DNA from: Verrucomicrobiota bacterium
Lineage (GTDB): Bacteria > Verrucomicrobiota > Verrucomicrobiia > Verrucomicrobiales > DEV007
NCBI GenBank assembly: GCA_045046875.1
Contig: JASFYY010000027.1
Coordinates: 1 to 45,249, forward strand
Direction of reading: 5' to 3'
Length of the DNA: 45,249 bases
Position 1 is the first letter of the stretch; each line of letters starts with the position of its first letter. Below, piece after piece: positions 17,976 through 27,861 of this stretch. The position numbers and the translations under genes were made by a program. The notes beneath the pieces are model-generated. The model saw only the letters and a program-made list of their open reading frames with translations, was not told the DNA's origin and did not search any database.

Positions 17976-20162
17976 ATGGGAAGAACAAATTTAGCAATTC
18001 ACCTCAAAACCGTGCCAAACCCAACCATACCGCAAATATTAGGTCAGGAATTTCTTCCGGAAAACGGAGCTTTGATCATTCCCAATCGACTGCCTTTTGA
18101 CGATTTGTTGGGACTGGAGTTGTTGTTCGAGGGGCGTGACATCACTTATCTGGTCGAACGTGGTTCGGAGCACGGAGAGAGATTCAGGCAGCATGTGGAG
18201 AAAGAAGGCGTGCAGGGTTTGGAATTCGCCTGTGACGATGAGAGTTTGCCGGCTTTTCAAAAGGAGTTGCTGCAGTGTATCGACAAGGGTGGTCTGGCGG
18301 TGTTTGTGCCGGGGGCGGTGAATTCGCGCTGTGCCCAGACGACTTGTGTGCCTTCTGTGGTGGTGAAATTTCTGGTGTCTACGCCAGTGCCGGTGCTGCC
18401 GTTGTTTGTCGAGCACCCCGAAGAAACCCGTCTGGCGATTGAGTCGGTAGAGGAAGCTGGGAAGCTTGCGTTTTCTTTTGGCAAACCGCTTGAAGGCGAC
18501 GCGGTGAATGCGGCTAATTATTTTGAGAGTTTGTTGGGTGCCGCGGAACGGGTATTCAGTCAACGGCCTATTTTAAAATCCAGTCTGGCTTATTCGCTGT
18601 TGCGTGGACTGAAAATGCACGCGTCTACGGCCCGGGTGATCGACGGGGTGGACGGTCAGGAGTTGGGTTTCGACAAGCTTTTTGCCGCTTCGGCCGCTTT
18701 GAGCAAAAAGATTCGCCAGTGTACCTCAAAAAAACGGGTGGGGATTTTGCTGCCACCGGGTAAAGGCGGGTTGATCGCCAATTTGGCCGTATTGTTTGCG
18801 GGAAAAGTCCCGGTGAATTTGAATTTCACTGCTGGGGCGGAATCGGTGCGCTACGCAATCAAAGAAGCCGAACTGGATCGTTTCATCACCGCTCAGGCTT
18901 TTATCGACAAGTTGCCAAAATTCCCTTGGCCGGAAGAAGAAAAACTGGTTTTCATCGAGCGGGTCTTGCCTAGCATCAAAGGGCGAATCAAGTTGTGGTA
19001 TATTCTGGGCAAATTGTTTTCCGCCGAACGCCTGGCCAGGATGCTGAAGGTCAAGCAAAGTGGTGACCGCGAAGAGGCAATGTTACTTTTCACCAGTGGC
19101 AGTTCGGGCAGTCCCAAAGGGGTGGTGCTGTCTCATCGCAATTTGCTGGCCAACGTCAATCAGTTCGGCTCGCGCATTAACCTGACTCAAGACGACAAGG
19201 TGTTGGGGTGTTTGCCCCTGTTCCACAGTTTTGGCGCTACCGTTACGATGTGGTATCCTATTATCCAGGGGGTGACTCTGGTGACCTACCCGAGTCCGCT
19301 GGAAATAGCCAAGCTGGCACAATTGATCGAGCAGTATAAGATCAGCTTGTTGCTTTCCACACCAACTTTCCTGCGTGGTTACCTGCGCAAGGCCAAACCG
19401 GAGCAATTGCGGTCGACCACGCTGGTGGTGACGGGGGCGGAAAAGTTACCTTCCAAAGTAGCCGAGGCGTTCGAAAAGCGTTTTGGCAAACCGGTATTGG
19501 AAGGGTATGGACTCACCGAAACATCGCCGGCGACCAATGTGAATCTACCGGATCCTGAGTCATGTGGTTCCGAAGATTGCCGTCCGGTAGTGGCCAATCA
19601 CCGTCCGGGATCAGTGGGTCATTTGATCCCCGGTATTGCGGTGCGTATCACCGACCCTGATACGGACGAACCCTTGCCGATTCAGTCCAGCGGTATGATT
19701 TGGTTGAAGGGTGCCAATGTGTTCGAGGGTTATCTCAATCAGCCTGAAAAAACCGCGGAGGTATTGATTGATGGTTGGTTTCGCACCGGGGATCTGGGGC
19801 GTATGGATGAAGACGGCTTTTTATACATAGAAGGCCGGCTGTCGAGGTTTTCTAAAATTGGTGGCGAAATGGTGCCGCATGAAAAGGTCGAGGAATTGAT
19901 CAATACCGCGATGGGTTATGATCCCGAGGATGAAAGAAAGGTCATCATTGTCGGGGTTCCGGATGAAGCCAAGGGTGAGGCTTTGATTATACTCACGACT
20001 GAAGCGGATCTTGAGCAGACGGATTTACGCAAGCGTTTGCTTGCTAATGATGTGCCCGCTTTGTGGATCCCTAAAAAAATGGTTCGCATCGATGAGATCC
20101 CCCATTTGGCTTCGGGCAAGTTGGATATCAAATCTTGTGAACAAGCGGCCTTGGCCGGATGA
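17976..20162 (+). CDS. aas: Aas-like acyl-ACP synthetase (AMP-binding) with degenerate N-terminal acyltransferase-like domain
   Basis: LFTSGSSGSPKGV, LPLFHSFG, EGYGLTE, GWFRTGD, RFSKIGGEMV, LASGK. Confidence 0.85.
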   Translation: MGRTNLAIHLKTVPNPTIPQILGQEFLPENGALIIPNRLPFDDLLGLELLFEGRDITYLVERGSEHGERFRQHVEKEGVQGLEFACDDESLPAFQKELLQCIDKGGLAVFVPGAVNSRCAQTTCVPSVVVKFLVSTPVPVLPLFVEHPEETRLAIESVEEAGKLAFSFGKPLEGDAVNAANYFESLLGAAERVFSQRPILKSSLAYSLLRGLKMHASTARVIDGVDGQELGFDKLFAASAALSKKIRQCTSKKRVGILLPPGKGGLIANLAVLFAGKVPVNLNFTAGAESVRYAIKEAELDRFITAQAFIDKLPKFPWPEEEKLVFIERVLPSIKGRIKLWYILGKLFSAERLARMLKVKQSGDREEAMLLFTSGSSGSPKGVVLSHRNLLANVNQFGSRINLTQDDKVLGCLPLFHSFGATVTMWYPIIQGVTLVTYPSPLEIAKLAQLIEQYKISLLLSTPTFLRGYLRKAKPEQLRSTTLVVTGAEKLPSKVAEAFEKRFGKPVLEGYGLTETSPATNVNLPDPESCGSEDCRPVVANHRPGSVGHLIPGIAVRITDPDTDEPLPIQSSGMIWLKGANVFEGYLNQPEKTAEVLIDGWFRTGDLGRMDEDGFLYIEGRLSRFSKIGGEMVPHEKVEELINTAMGYDPEDERKVIIVGVPDEAKGEALIILTTEADLEQTDLRKRLLANDVPALWIPKKMVRIDEIPHLASGKLDIKSCEQAALAG

Positions 20163-20206
20163 GTGACCGGTAGCTGCAGCTAGACCCTGAATCTCGATAT
20201 AAAAAT

Positions 20207-21565
20207 ATGACACATCTAAAAAAAATAGTGGCGCTGTTGCTGATTTCCGGCGTTTGTTTTTCAAGCGTGCAGGCCAAGCCAAACATTGTTTTTATATTGG
20301 CTGATGACATGGGTTATGCTGACTTGTCTTCTTATGGAGCGCCGGATGTGAAAACGCAGAACATTGACCGGCTGGCAGCGGAGGGAGTCCGATTCACTAA
20401 TTTTTATGCCAATGGGCCGGAGTGTTCTCCTTCGCGAACCGCTTTTTTGACTGGGCGTTATCCGCAGCGGGTGGGCGGTTTGGAGTGTGCGATCGGCACT
20501 GGCAATGTGGGCCGCTACGATGATGCGATTCGTCTGGCGGGAAAGAGTGATCTGGGTTTGCCGGTTGATCTGGCGGTATTGGCACCTACGCTCAAAAAAG
20601 CGGGTTACCGTAATGCTATTTTTGGCAAATGGCACATGGGTTATGAGAGCAAGTTTAACCCACTCGACCAGGGTTTTGACGAGTTTGTGGGTTTCCTCGG
20701 TGGCAACGTGGATTATTTTCACCACGTCGAGCTTTCCGATTTGCCGGTTTATTACAGTGGCCGCAAAGCAATCAAACGTGAAGGGTTCACCACTCACTTG
20801 ATCACCGATGATGCGATTGATTTTCTCAATCGCCAGAAAGCCAAAACAGACGAGCCGTTTTTTCTCTATGTGCCGCATGCCGCGCCACATTTCCCCTTCC
20901 AGGCTCCGGATGGCCCGACGCAGTTGCCGAGCAAGGAGCAGTGGACTCTGGGAAGTCGTGCGACTTATGTGAAGATGTTGGTGGATCTCGATGAGCAGGT
21001 CGGGCGTCTGCTGAAAGCGTTGGAAGACAATCAGCAAGCTGAGAACACGTTGGTCGTTTTTGCATCGGATCACGGAGCGATGAAACCCGGACTTAATACG
21101 CCCTGGCGTGATTACAAGGGCACTTTGTTTGAAGGTGGAATCCGGGTGCCGTGCATCGCCCGCTGGCCGGGGGAGATCAAAGCGGGGCAGGTTTCTAATC
21201 AGGTGGCCACGATCATGGGGCTGACGCGTTCTTTCATGTCTCTTGCGGAGGGAAAGTTGGCACCAGCGATGGAGTCGGACGGGATCGACATCATCGATCA
21301 TGTGCGGCAAGGCAAAAAAGACGAAATGCGCACCTTGTTCTGGCGTTCCCGTCGCGGCGACCGCACGTGGTGGGCGGTGCGTGACGGAGATCTCAAGTAT
21401 GTCAAAAAAACCGAAGCTGGTAAGAGCGAAGAGTGGTTGTTTGACCTTGCCGAAGATGGTGGAGAAAAAGAGAACTTACTGGATCGGGCAACAGGAAAAG
21501 CCGCCGCCGCCGTGTTGAGGAGAAAATTAATCAAGTGGGAGGTCAAGGTCAAGCCAGTCAGATAA
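20207..21565 (+). CDS. Formylglycine-dependent sulfatase (secreted)
   Basis: Signal peptide, PNIVFILADDMG, CSPSRTAFLTGRY, GKWH, FASDHG, EGGIRVP. Confidence 0.95.
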   Translation: MTHLKKIVALLLISGVCFSSVQAKPNIVFILADDMGYADLSSYGAPDVKTQNIDRLAAEGVRFTNFYANGPECSPSRTAFLTGRYPQRVGGLECAIGTGNVGRYDDAIRLAGKSDLGLPVDLAVLAPTLKKAGYRNAIFGKWHMGYESKFNPLDQGFDEFVGFLGGNVDYFHHVELSDLPVYYSGRKAIKREGFTTHLITDDAIDFLNRQKAKTDEPFFLYVPHAAPHFPFQAPDGPTQLPSKEQWTLGSRATYVKMLVDLDEQVGRLLKALEDNQQAENTLVVFASDHGAMKPGLNTPWRDYKGTLFEGGIRVPCIARWPGEIKAGQVSNQVATIMGLTRSFMSLAEGKLAPAMESDGIDIIDHVRQGKKDEMRTLFWRSRRGDRTWWAVRDGDLKYVKKTEAGKSEEWLFDLAEDGGEKENLLDRATGKAAAAVLRRKLIKWEVKVKPVR

Positions 21566-21567
21566 GG

Positions 21568-22413
21568 ATGGAACAAGCGCTGCATTCCGTCTTGCTCGAA
21601 TTTGAGCACCTGACCCTGCTGACGGTGACCGTGGGTTTGTTGATCAGTGCGGCGGTGCGTACCACCCGCGGCAGGGCTTTATTGTCTAACAATGGTTTTG
21701 GCAAAATTCACTGCAACCGTTTTGGTGGGGTGGATCTGGTGGCTGTTAGTTTGTTGCTGGCTTTTTATTATCTCTCGTTTTTGGCCGGGGCACAGGACAG
21801 GGAGGGAATGGTGATGACTCCGGAGTTGATCGTGGTGAATCTGGTGATGAGTTTGTTTTTGGTCACTATTGTATTAGTGACGGTGCAGTGGGTGGGTGGG
21901 CGCAACCCGATCGAATTATTTGGTTTGGATCAAGTGAGTTTTTCCAAGTGGCTGTTATGGGTGGTATTGGGTATTTTGATAGCAACTCCCCTGGTTTTGT
22001 ATTTCAGCGAATGGATCCGGAGCGAATGGTTGGAGCCGGTGTTTGGAGAAATGAAAGAGCAGGAGGTGGTGGACTCGATGAAAAACAGTTCTAGTCTGGC
22101 GATGAAAGTCGGCATGATTATCAGCGCTTGTGTGATTGCGCCCTTGGTGGAGGAATTGGTTTTCAGGGGATACATTTACGGAGTGCTCAAACAGTTCACC
22201 AATCCGCTGTTTGCCATCGTTAGTGCCGGCGCGTTGTTCGCCGCGGTGCATTTGAACCTGCCTGCGCTGATGCCGTTGTGGGTTTTTGCTATTATCCTGA
22301 CCCTGGCTTATGAGCTCAGTGGCAGTCTGTGGGTGCCGATCGGCATCCACGCGGGATTTAATACCGTTAGCGTGGCGGTGATGCTGAGCGGCGGTGGGGA
22401 TGTGGGCCCGTGA
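21568..22413 (+). CDS. CPBP (Abi/CAAX) family intramembrane metalloprotease
   Basis: EELVFRG, FAAVH, IGIHAGFN motifs; multi-TM. Start placed at ATG 21568. Confidence 0.9.
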   Translation: MEQALHSVLLEFEHLTLLTVTVGLLISAAVRTTRGRALLSNNGFGKIHCNRFGGVDLVAVSLLLAFYYLSFLAGAQDREGMVMTPELIVVNLVMSLFLVTIVLVTVQWVGGRNPIELFGLDQVSFSKWLLWVVLGILIATPLVLYFSEWIRSEWLEPVFGEMKEQEVVDSMKNSSSLAMKVGMIISACVIAPLVEELVFRGYIYGVLKQFTNPLFAIVSAGALFAAVHLNLPALMPLWVFAIILTLAYELSGSLWVPIGIHAGFNTVSVAVMLSGGGDVGP

Positions 22414-22463
22414 GGGATTGGCTGTGCAAAAAACAACACTTGGGTTAAAAAAGCGGATTTAAA

Positions 22464-22517
22464 TTGACAGATTACATCGTAGCGTTCAGTATGCAAGTAT
22501 CTGCTATACCAGAAACT
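22464..22517 (+). promoter_or_regulatory. Putative promoter and PadR operator
   Basis: TTGACA at 22464-22469; imperfect inverted repeat AGTATCTG-6nt-CAGAAACT at 22496-22517, just upstream of the PadR ATG. Confidence 0.45.
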
Positions 22518-22523
22518 AATGTA

Positions 22524-22874
22524 ATGTCGTCATCAGGTCATAATCAGGAAGCGTGGGAAGTTCAGGTGAGAAAGGGTCTGCTCGACTACATCACTCTGAA
22601 GATCCTCTCTGTGCAACCTTTGCACGGTTATGGTATCGTGCAGAAAATCCGTGATTACCCAAGTTTTACTGTTACGGAAAGCGCGATTTATCCGGTGCTT
22701 AGCAAGTTTTTAAAAGAACAAGTCCTGACGACCACCAGTGAGGTTTCGCTTCAGGGGCCTCCTCGCCGGGTTTATTATCTGACAGCATTGGGAAAAACCC
22801 GTTTAATAAGCATGGAGCATTTTATCAAATCAATGAACCTGTCGCTTGAAAATTTTTTACAAAATAAAATTTAA
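22524..22874 (+). CDS. PadR-family transcriptional regulator
   Basis: QVRKGLLD, LHGYGIVQ, ESAIYPVL, GPPRRVYYLTALG. Start placed at ATG 22524. Confidence 0.92.
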   Translation: MSSSGHNQEAWEVQVRKGLLDYITLKILSVQPLHGYGIVQKIRDYPSFTVTESAIYPVLSKFLKEQVLTTTSEVSLQGPPRRVYYLTALGKTRLISMEHFIKSMNLSLENFLQNKI

Positions 22875-22876
22875 TC

Positions 22877-23683
22877 ATGGCTACTTATTCTCCAGAGCAT
22901 CACCCTGTTTTTTCGACTTACCTCAATGCGGTTGAAACTATTCTTCGCAACTCGGATGTGGATGTTGTTGAAAGAGAGCAGATTCGACAGAGCATTATCG
23001 AACAGTTCGAGGGTTCTGGTCAATTTGAGGGAGAGCAAGCTTACGTGGCGCAATTGGATCCGCCGGAATCGTATCGAAATGAAGCGGGGACCCGGATGCA
23101 AAATCAGGCAGAATATGAATCCAAGCCGTTTCCTACCAAGGTGGTTGTGTCTCTGGCGATTCTGGCGGCAATCGTGGGTTTGCCCTTGTACATGGTCAGC
23201 TTGCGCAATGACATTATTGCTGCCGATGAGTCAGTGGATGGGGCATGGGCACAGGTGGAAACGATGATGCAACGACGTTTTGATTTGATTCCCAATTTGG
23301 TGGAGACGGTGAAGGGTGTTGCTGAACATGAAGCGGAGGTGTTGAAAGAAGTGACGCGTTTGCGGAGCCAATGGGGCGATGCAAAAAACCAGGAGGAAAA
23401 ACAGGCGGCAGCAGCGAAACTGGATGTGCAAATTGTTAAAATCGTGGCGATGCGGGAGGCCTATCCGCAATTGCGGGCTAATGAGAATTTCACCGCGTTG
23501 CAATACCAGTTGGAGGGAACAGAGAATCGCATCGCCGTGCAGCGGGTTCGATACAATGATGTGGTGCGTTATCACAATACGCTGGTAAGAAAGTTTCCTG
23601 CCAGTTTGTGGGCTTTTGCAGCGCGGGAGGAATTGTTCAAAGCACAGGCGGAAGCGAAGGTGGCCCCTAAGGTTAAGTTTTGA
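22877..23683 (+). CDS. LemA-family protein fused to an N-terminal HAAS-like domain
   Basis: LemA motifs AWAQVETMMQRRFDLIPNLVETVKG, EAYPQLRANENF, LEGTENRIAV, FPA; N-terminal YLNAVETIL...EREQI...LDPPESY ahead of the TM helix. Confidence 0.85.
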   Translation: MATYSPEHHPVFSTYLNAVETILRNSDVDVVEREQIRQSIIEQFEGSGQFEGEQAYVAQLDPPESYRNEAGTRMQNQAEYESKPFPTKVVVSLAILAAIVGLPLYMVSLRNDIIAADESVDGAWAQVETMMQRRFDLIPNLVETVKGVAEHEAEVLKEVTRLRSQWGDAKNQEEKQAAAAKLDVQIVKIVAMREAYPQLRANENFTALQYQLEGTENRIAVQRVRYNDVVRYHNTLVRKFPASLWAFAAREELFKAQAEAKVAPKVKF

Positions 23684-23689
23684 TCAAAG

Positions 23690-25624
23690 ATGAAAATATT
23701 GAATTTTATTATAGTCTGCGCATTGCTCTTTTCAGTTACTGCTTGTTCGGATAAAAAGGATCCGTCAAAAGTCATTGCGCCGGGTTTGCAGGTAAAACTT
23801 CCCGCAAGACCTAGCAAACAACCAAAATTTTTCAATACTTCGTCGATTCAATCGATCAATGAGGTAGCGATTGGCGATCTTCGACGAGCCGGCGAATATA
23901 CTGGTATCGATTTTGCCATGCTGCTGGTGGATGAGTTGCCCGACCAGATTTCTATAGAAATGGCAGCGGCACAACTGTTTGATGAATGGCAGGTCGGGGC
24001 TGAAAATCAGGGTAAAGGGGTGCTATTTTTGTTTGTCGAAAAAACCGGGGCATTGAAAATTGAAGTGGGTTATGAGCTTGAGGACACCTTTCCAGATGCA
24101 TTTGTGGGTTCGTTCCAAGAGACTCTCAAGGATTATTACCGAGGTGAATATTTTGGGGATGTTGTTAGCAAAATGGTTATTACCATGATGCGTCGAGCCC
24201 AGGGTGAAGAGGCAAAGGTTTTGATGGACAGCTTTGTTGATGGCTTGCCGAGGCAACAAGATGTTATTGTTGAGAAATCAATGCGCTATCGCTCTGGTGG
24301 CGCAGGGGTGACTGAAAGCAACTTCATAACAAACAAAGAGAAAAAACTGAAAAATGTTCAACAGCTCAGCGATGAAGAGCGGGCACAGTATGACAAAGGG
24401 GTTGATCTGGAAATAGTACTGCAGCGCTATATCAAATCGCTGCAAGCGGGAGTTAACGATCCCTACCTTCCACTTTTAACCGAGGGTAGCCAGATGATGC
24501 GACTTGAGTATCCGAAAAATGCCGGATTCCAGAGGCGTGCTTTTAGCGATTTTAGCGGCAAATATAAAATTCATCAGAAGGGGGATTTTGCTGCGATTCG
24601 TTTTGAGCGTGCTGATGTGATGCCTATTTTGTTTCGCAAGGACAGCAAAGGCGATTGGTTGGCTGATATTACCAAATCGTGGGCCTACAGTCAGGCGTCT
24701 CGGGATCTTAAAAAAATGAACCCGGCATTTGGTGATCACGCCTGGATGTTCGCTTGGGAAAATGAGCTGCACAAACCGGAGGAGATCGCTACACCTGCAC
24801 CACTGCCTAAGGAGAAAACTTTGAGTGTGGAGATTGCACGTTTGGAAAAGGCGATTAAAAATGAGCCAAAAAAAGCGGCCAATTATTTTGCCTTGGCTGA
24901 TTTGCTCTATTTTGAGTGTTATTGGATTCGCGATGCGATGGAGTTGATTGAGAAGGGGCTGGTATTGGATCCTGGTAATAATCCCTATCGGAAACGCTTT
25001 ATACTATTTGCATACCGTTTTCCAGATTGGAGTAGGGTAGAGCACCACTACGAGCAGATACTTCAACATGATCCGGGGGATGCTGCAGCATTGCATCGCT
25101 TTATTTATTATTTGAAAAACAAGGATGCTTCAGCTTATGCTGATAGAATCAAAACACTGGAAGCAAGGAAAAGTCATCTGCTAGTGCCGGTTTTCCCTTT
25201 TCCCGTTTATGCAAAATATGGAGAGTATTGGGATCCTTCTTTTAATTTAGCATCTTCGACGCGCCATTTACGCTCAAGCTATGAATTTGTGGTGGCACAC
25301 AAGGCTGGAGAGTGGAATACAGTTGCAAACTTGTATCTTTATGATGAAGAGCGGCACAAGTCATTTGGGGTGAATATTTTATTGCGTGAAATAGGTGGAG
25401 AGTTAACTATTTCTCCGAGGAGTTCAGACTCGAAGAAATTAAAGTCATTCACTTTACCTGCGGATAAAGCGATCGAAATTGAATATCACTGGGATAAGCC
25501 GGGGGTGTTTGAGATGGTTATAAATGGTAGGAAATTGATGTCGTTGCATTCAGAAATGAACCCTTCTCAAATCAGGGTTTCTCAGAGTTCTGGTGCCAGT
25601 ATTATTAGTTTGAAGGAGGAATAG
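23690..25624 (+). CDS. TPM-domain lipoprotein with TPR-like repeats
   Basis: Lipobox VTAC; TPM motif LFDEWQVG..GKGVLFL..KIEVGYELEDTFPD; internal SGGAG; TPR-like LEKAIKNEP..NYFALADLL..KGLVLDPGN..QILQHDP. Confidence 0.8.
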   Translation: MKILNFIIVCALLFSVTACSDKKDPSKVIAPGLQVKLPARPSKQPKFFNTSSIQSINEVAIGDLRRAGEYTGIDFAMLLVDELPDQISIEMAAAQLFDEWQVGAENQGKGVLFLFVEKTGALKIEVGYELEDTFPDAFVGSFQETLKDYYRGEYFGDVVSKMVITMMRRAQGEEAKVLMDSFVDGLPRQQDVIVEKSMRYRSGGAGVTESNFITNKEKKLKNVQQLSDEERAQYDKGVDLEIVLQRYIKSLQAGVNDPYLPLLTEGSQMMRLEYPKNAGFQRRAFSDFSGKYKIHQKGDFAAIRFERADVMPILFRKDSKGDWLADITKSWAYSQASRDLKKMNPAFGDHAWMFAWENELHKPEEIATPAPLPKEKTLSVEIARLEKAIKNEPKKAANYFALADLLYFECYWIRDAMELIEKGLVLDPGNNPYRKRFILFAYRFPDWSRVEHHYEQILQHDPGDAAALHRFIYYLKNKDASAYADRIKTLEARKSHLLVPVFPFPVYAKYGEYWDPSFNLASSTRHLRSSYEFVVAHKAGEWNTVANLYLYDEERHKSFGVNILLREIGGELTISPRSSDSKKLKSFTLPADKAIEIEYHWDKPGVFEMVINGRKLMSLHSEMNPSQIRVSQSSGASIISLKEE

Positions 25625-25655
25625 TCGTAAGGGGCTGATATAGTCTATAAAAATT

Positions 25656-26198
25656 ATGCGTGTCACAACCAAACCATTAAATGAGTACCCGTGGTTATTG
25701 AGGCCCTTTTTTTGGAGTCAGAAAAAAAAGTATGGAGAGGTTCTCCAGCCGGGTTTGCTGTGGGCTCGAGTGCCGAAGCTATTCGCGACTGTAGCGATGC
25801 TTTATGGTGCGCTGGATAGAAAAAGTTCACCTTTGAGCCCTGTACTGCGCTCCCTGGTTACGGTGCGGGTGTCGCAGATCAATTGGTGTCATTTTTGTGT
25901 GGATATCAACTCGGCCACTTTGGCCACGAGATCGGGTTCCACGGATAAGGTGGAGAATCTTGAGCAATGGAAAGGCAGTGATCTGTTTGATGATAAAGAA
26001 AGGGTTGTTCTTGAATACACCGAAGCGGTCACTTATTCAGACCAGCAAGTGACCGATGAGTTGGTGGATCGGTTGAAGGAGTTTTTTGATGATGACGGGG
26101 TGGTGGAATTGACCGGACTGATTGCTTTTCAAAATTTATCCAGCAAATTCAACAGCGCTTTGGATGTGGCGCCTCAAGGTTTTTGCAAGATCCCTTAA
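25656..26198 (+). CDS. Carboxymuconolactone decarboxylase / AhpD-family protein
   Basis: LVTVRVSQINWCHFCVDIN (CxxC), ERVVLEYTEAVT, FNSALDV. Confidence 0.88.
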   Translation: MRVTTKPLNEYPWLLRPFFWSQKKKYGEVLQPGLLWARVPKLFATVAMLYGALDRKSSPLSPVLRSLVTVRVSQINWCHFCVDINSATLATRSGSTDKVENLEQWKGSDLFDDKERVVLEYTEAVTYSDQQVTDELVDRLKEFFDDDGVVELTGLIAFQNLSSKFNSALDVAPQGFCKIP

Positions 26199-26287
26199 GC
26201 GCCTCCAGATAAAGATGATGAATATAAGGGTTAGGAACTGATGACCACTTATTATTCTGCGGATTGATATAGGAAGAGGACAATATT

Positions 26288-27823
26288 ATGAAATACAGCG
26301 ATACAGGTAAAAAATATTATAAATTCATTTGGTGCCTCATCCTATTGTTATCGGGAGGTTCTGCATTTGCAAAGATGCGCCCAGCTAAAATATTTAGTGA
26401 TCACATGGTGTTGCAGCGCGACAGTATGATTCCAGTTTGGGGATGGGCAGAGGTTGGTGAGAAGGTGACGATTGTGTTTCGGGGGGCTAGTAAAACGGCG
26501 GTAGCTGACTCCAAGGGAAAGTGGCAAGTGAAGCTTGCGGCCTCTGCTGCGGGAGGTCCTTTTGTTATGAGCATTGCGGGCAAAAAAAATACGGTGGAGA
26601 TCAGCGATATTTTATTGGGAGACGTGTGGCTGTGTGGTGGGCAATCCAATATGCAGTGGGGGCTGGAGAAAACCGCCCGGGCAAAGAGGGATATACCGGC
26701 GGCGACTCATCCTAAAATACGCTTGGTCACTTTGACCGGGCACGCCCAGACCCCTGCAGCCGATATAAAATGGAAGGGCACACAGACGGATTGGCAACTA
26801 TGCAGTCCGGCTACGGTGAAGTTATTTTCAGCGGTGGGGTATTATTTTGGCTTGGATTTGCACAAGAAATTAAACGTGCCAATAGGTCTGATCATGACCG
26901 CCGAAGGTTCAACGCCGCTGATGCCATGGATCAGTGCACAATCGCAGCAATCGAATCCACACTTCAAGCCTATTCTTGAGCTTTATGAAACCTATCCAGC
27001 TAGGAGTGCCGCCTATCGGATCAAGCGTAAAGCTTATGATGAAGGGTTAAAAAAATCAAAAGCAGAGGGTACTCCTGCGCCTAAGTTTCCGGGACATTTT
27101 GAAGGCTATTTTTTTGAATCTCCCGGGTGGATGTATAATGCCCGGATCGCTCCGCTTGCGCCTTTTTCGATTAAGGGAGTTATTTGGTACCAAGGAGAGA
27201 ACGAAGCTATTTATAAACGTACGGATTCGTATAAATATTTTTTCCCAGCTCTGATTGAAGATTGGCGAGGATTATGGGGAAGAGAGGATTTGCCATTTCT
27301 CTATGTGCAACTTGCTGCGAATGCGGGGAAATCAAAAGGTGTTCCAGAAGAAAGCCATTGGGCCGAGGTTCGTGATGGTCAACGACGAACGCTCAAGCTT
27401 GATCACACGGCAATGGTTGTCATAACAGATATATGTAGCTCTGCGCTTCATCCTCCGGAAAAAATAGCTGTCGGTGAGCGGCTGGCAGGAGCGGCTGAGG
27501 TGATTGCCTACGGAAAAAAGAAGATCTATACAGGGCCGCTGCTAAAAGCTGTGCAGTTTGAAAATGGCAAAGCTAAGGTGAGTTTCACGCATACGGGCAC
27601 AGGCTTGAAGGTGCAGGGGGAAGCGCTGAAGGGTTTTGAATTGGCGGGTGAGAATCGAAAATTTTATCTGGCAGGAGCAGAAGTGGTGGATGGAAACCAC
27701 GTGCTTGTTCATAGCGACAAAGTTCAGGCGCCTAAATTTGTTCGTTATTCATGGGCAAATCACGCATTGGGAAATTTGTTTAACAAAGAAAATTTTCCGA
27801 CATCCTGTTTTGAAACAGATTGA
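26288..27823 (+). CDS. Sialate O-acetylesterase (SGNH/SASA family), secreted
   Basis: FSDHMVLQR, VWLCGGQSNM, IKGVIWYQGE, PFLYVQL, LHPPEK, VRYSW. Confidence 0.9.
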   Translation: MKYSDTGKKYYKFIWCLILLLSGGSAFAKMRPAKIFSDHMVLQRDSMIPVWGWAEVGEKVTIVFRGASKTAVADSKGKWQVKLAASAAGGPFVMSIAGKKNTVEISDILLGDVWLCGGQSNMQWGLEKTARAKRDIPAATHPKIRLVTLTGHAQTPAADIKWKGTQTDWQLCSPATVKLFSAVGYYFGLDLHKKLNVPIGLIMTAEGSTPLMPWISAQSQQSNPHFKPILELYETYPARSAAYRIKRKAYDEGLKKSKAEGTPAPKFPGHFEGYFFESPGWMYNARIAPLAPFSIKGVIWYQGENEAIYKRTDSYKYFFPALIEDWRGLWGREDLPFLYVQLAANAGKSKGVPEESHWAEVRDGQRRTLKLDHTAMVVITDICSSALHPPEKIAVGERLAGAAEVIAYGKKKIYTGPLLKAVQFENGKAKVSFTHTGTGLKVQGEALKGFELAGENRKFYLAGAEVVDGNHVLVHSDKVQAPKFVRYSWANHALGNLFNKENFPTSCFETD

Positions 27824-27861
27824 TTGGTGTATGTTTACCTTCAACCCACTAATTCACCAAT

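Noticed and set aside
20261..21310. 349 aa minus-strand ORF
   Set aside because: Antisense shadow of the sulfatase gene
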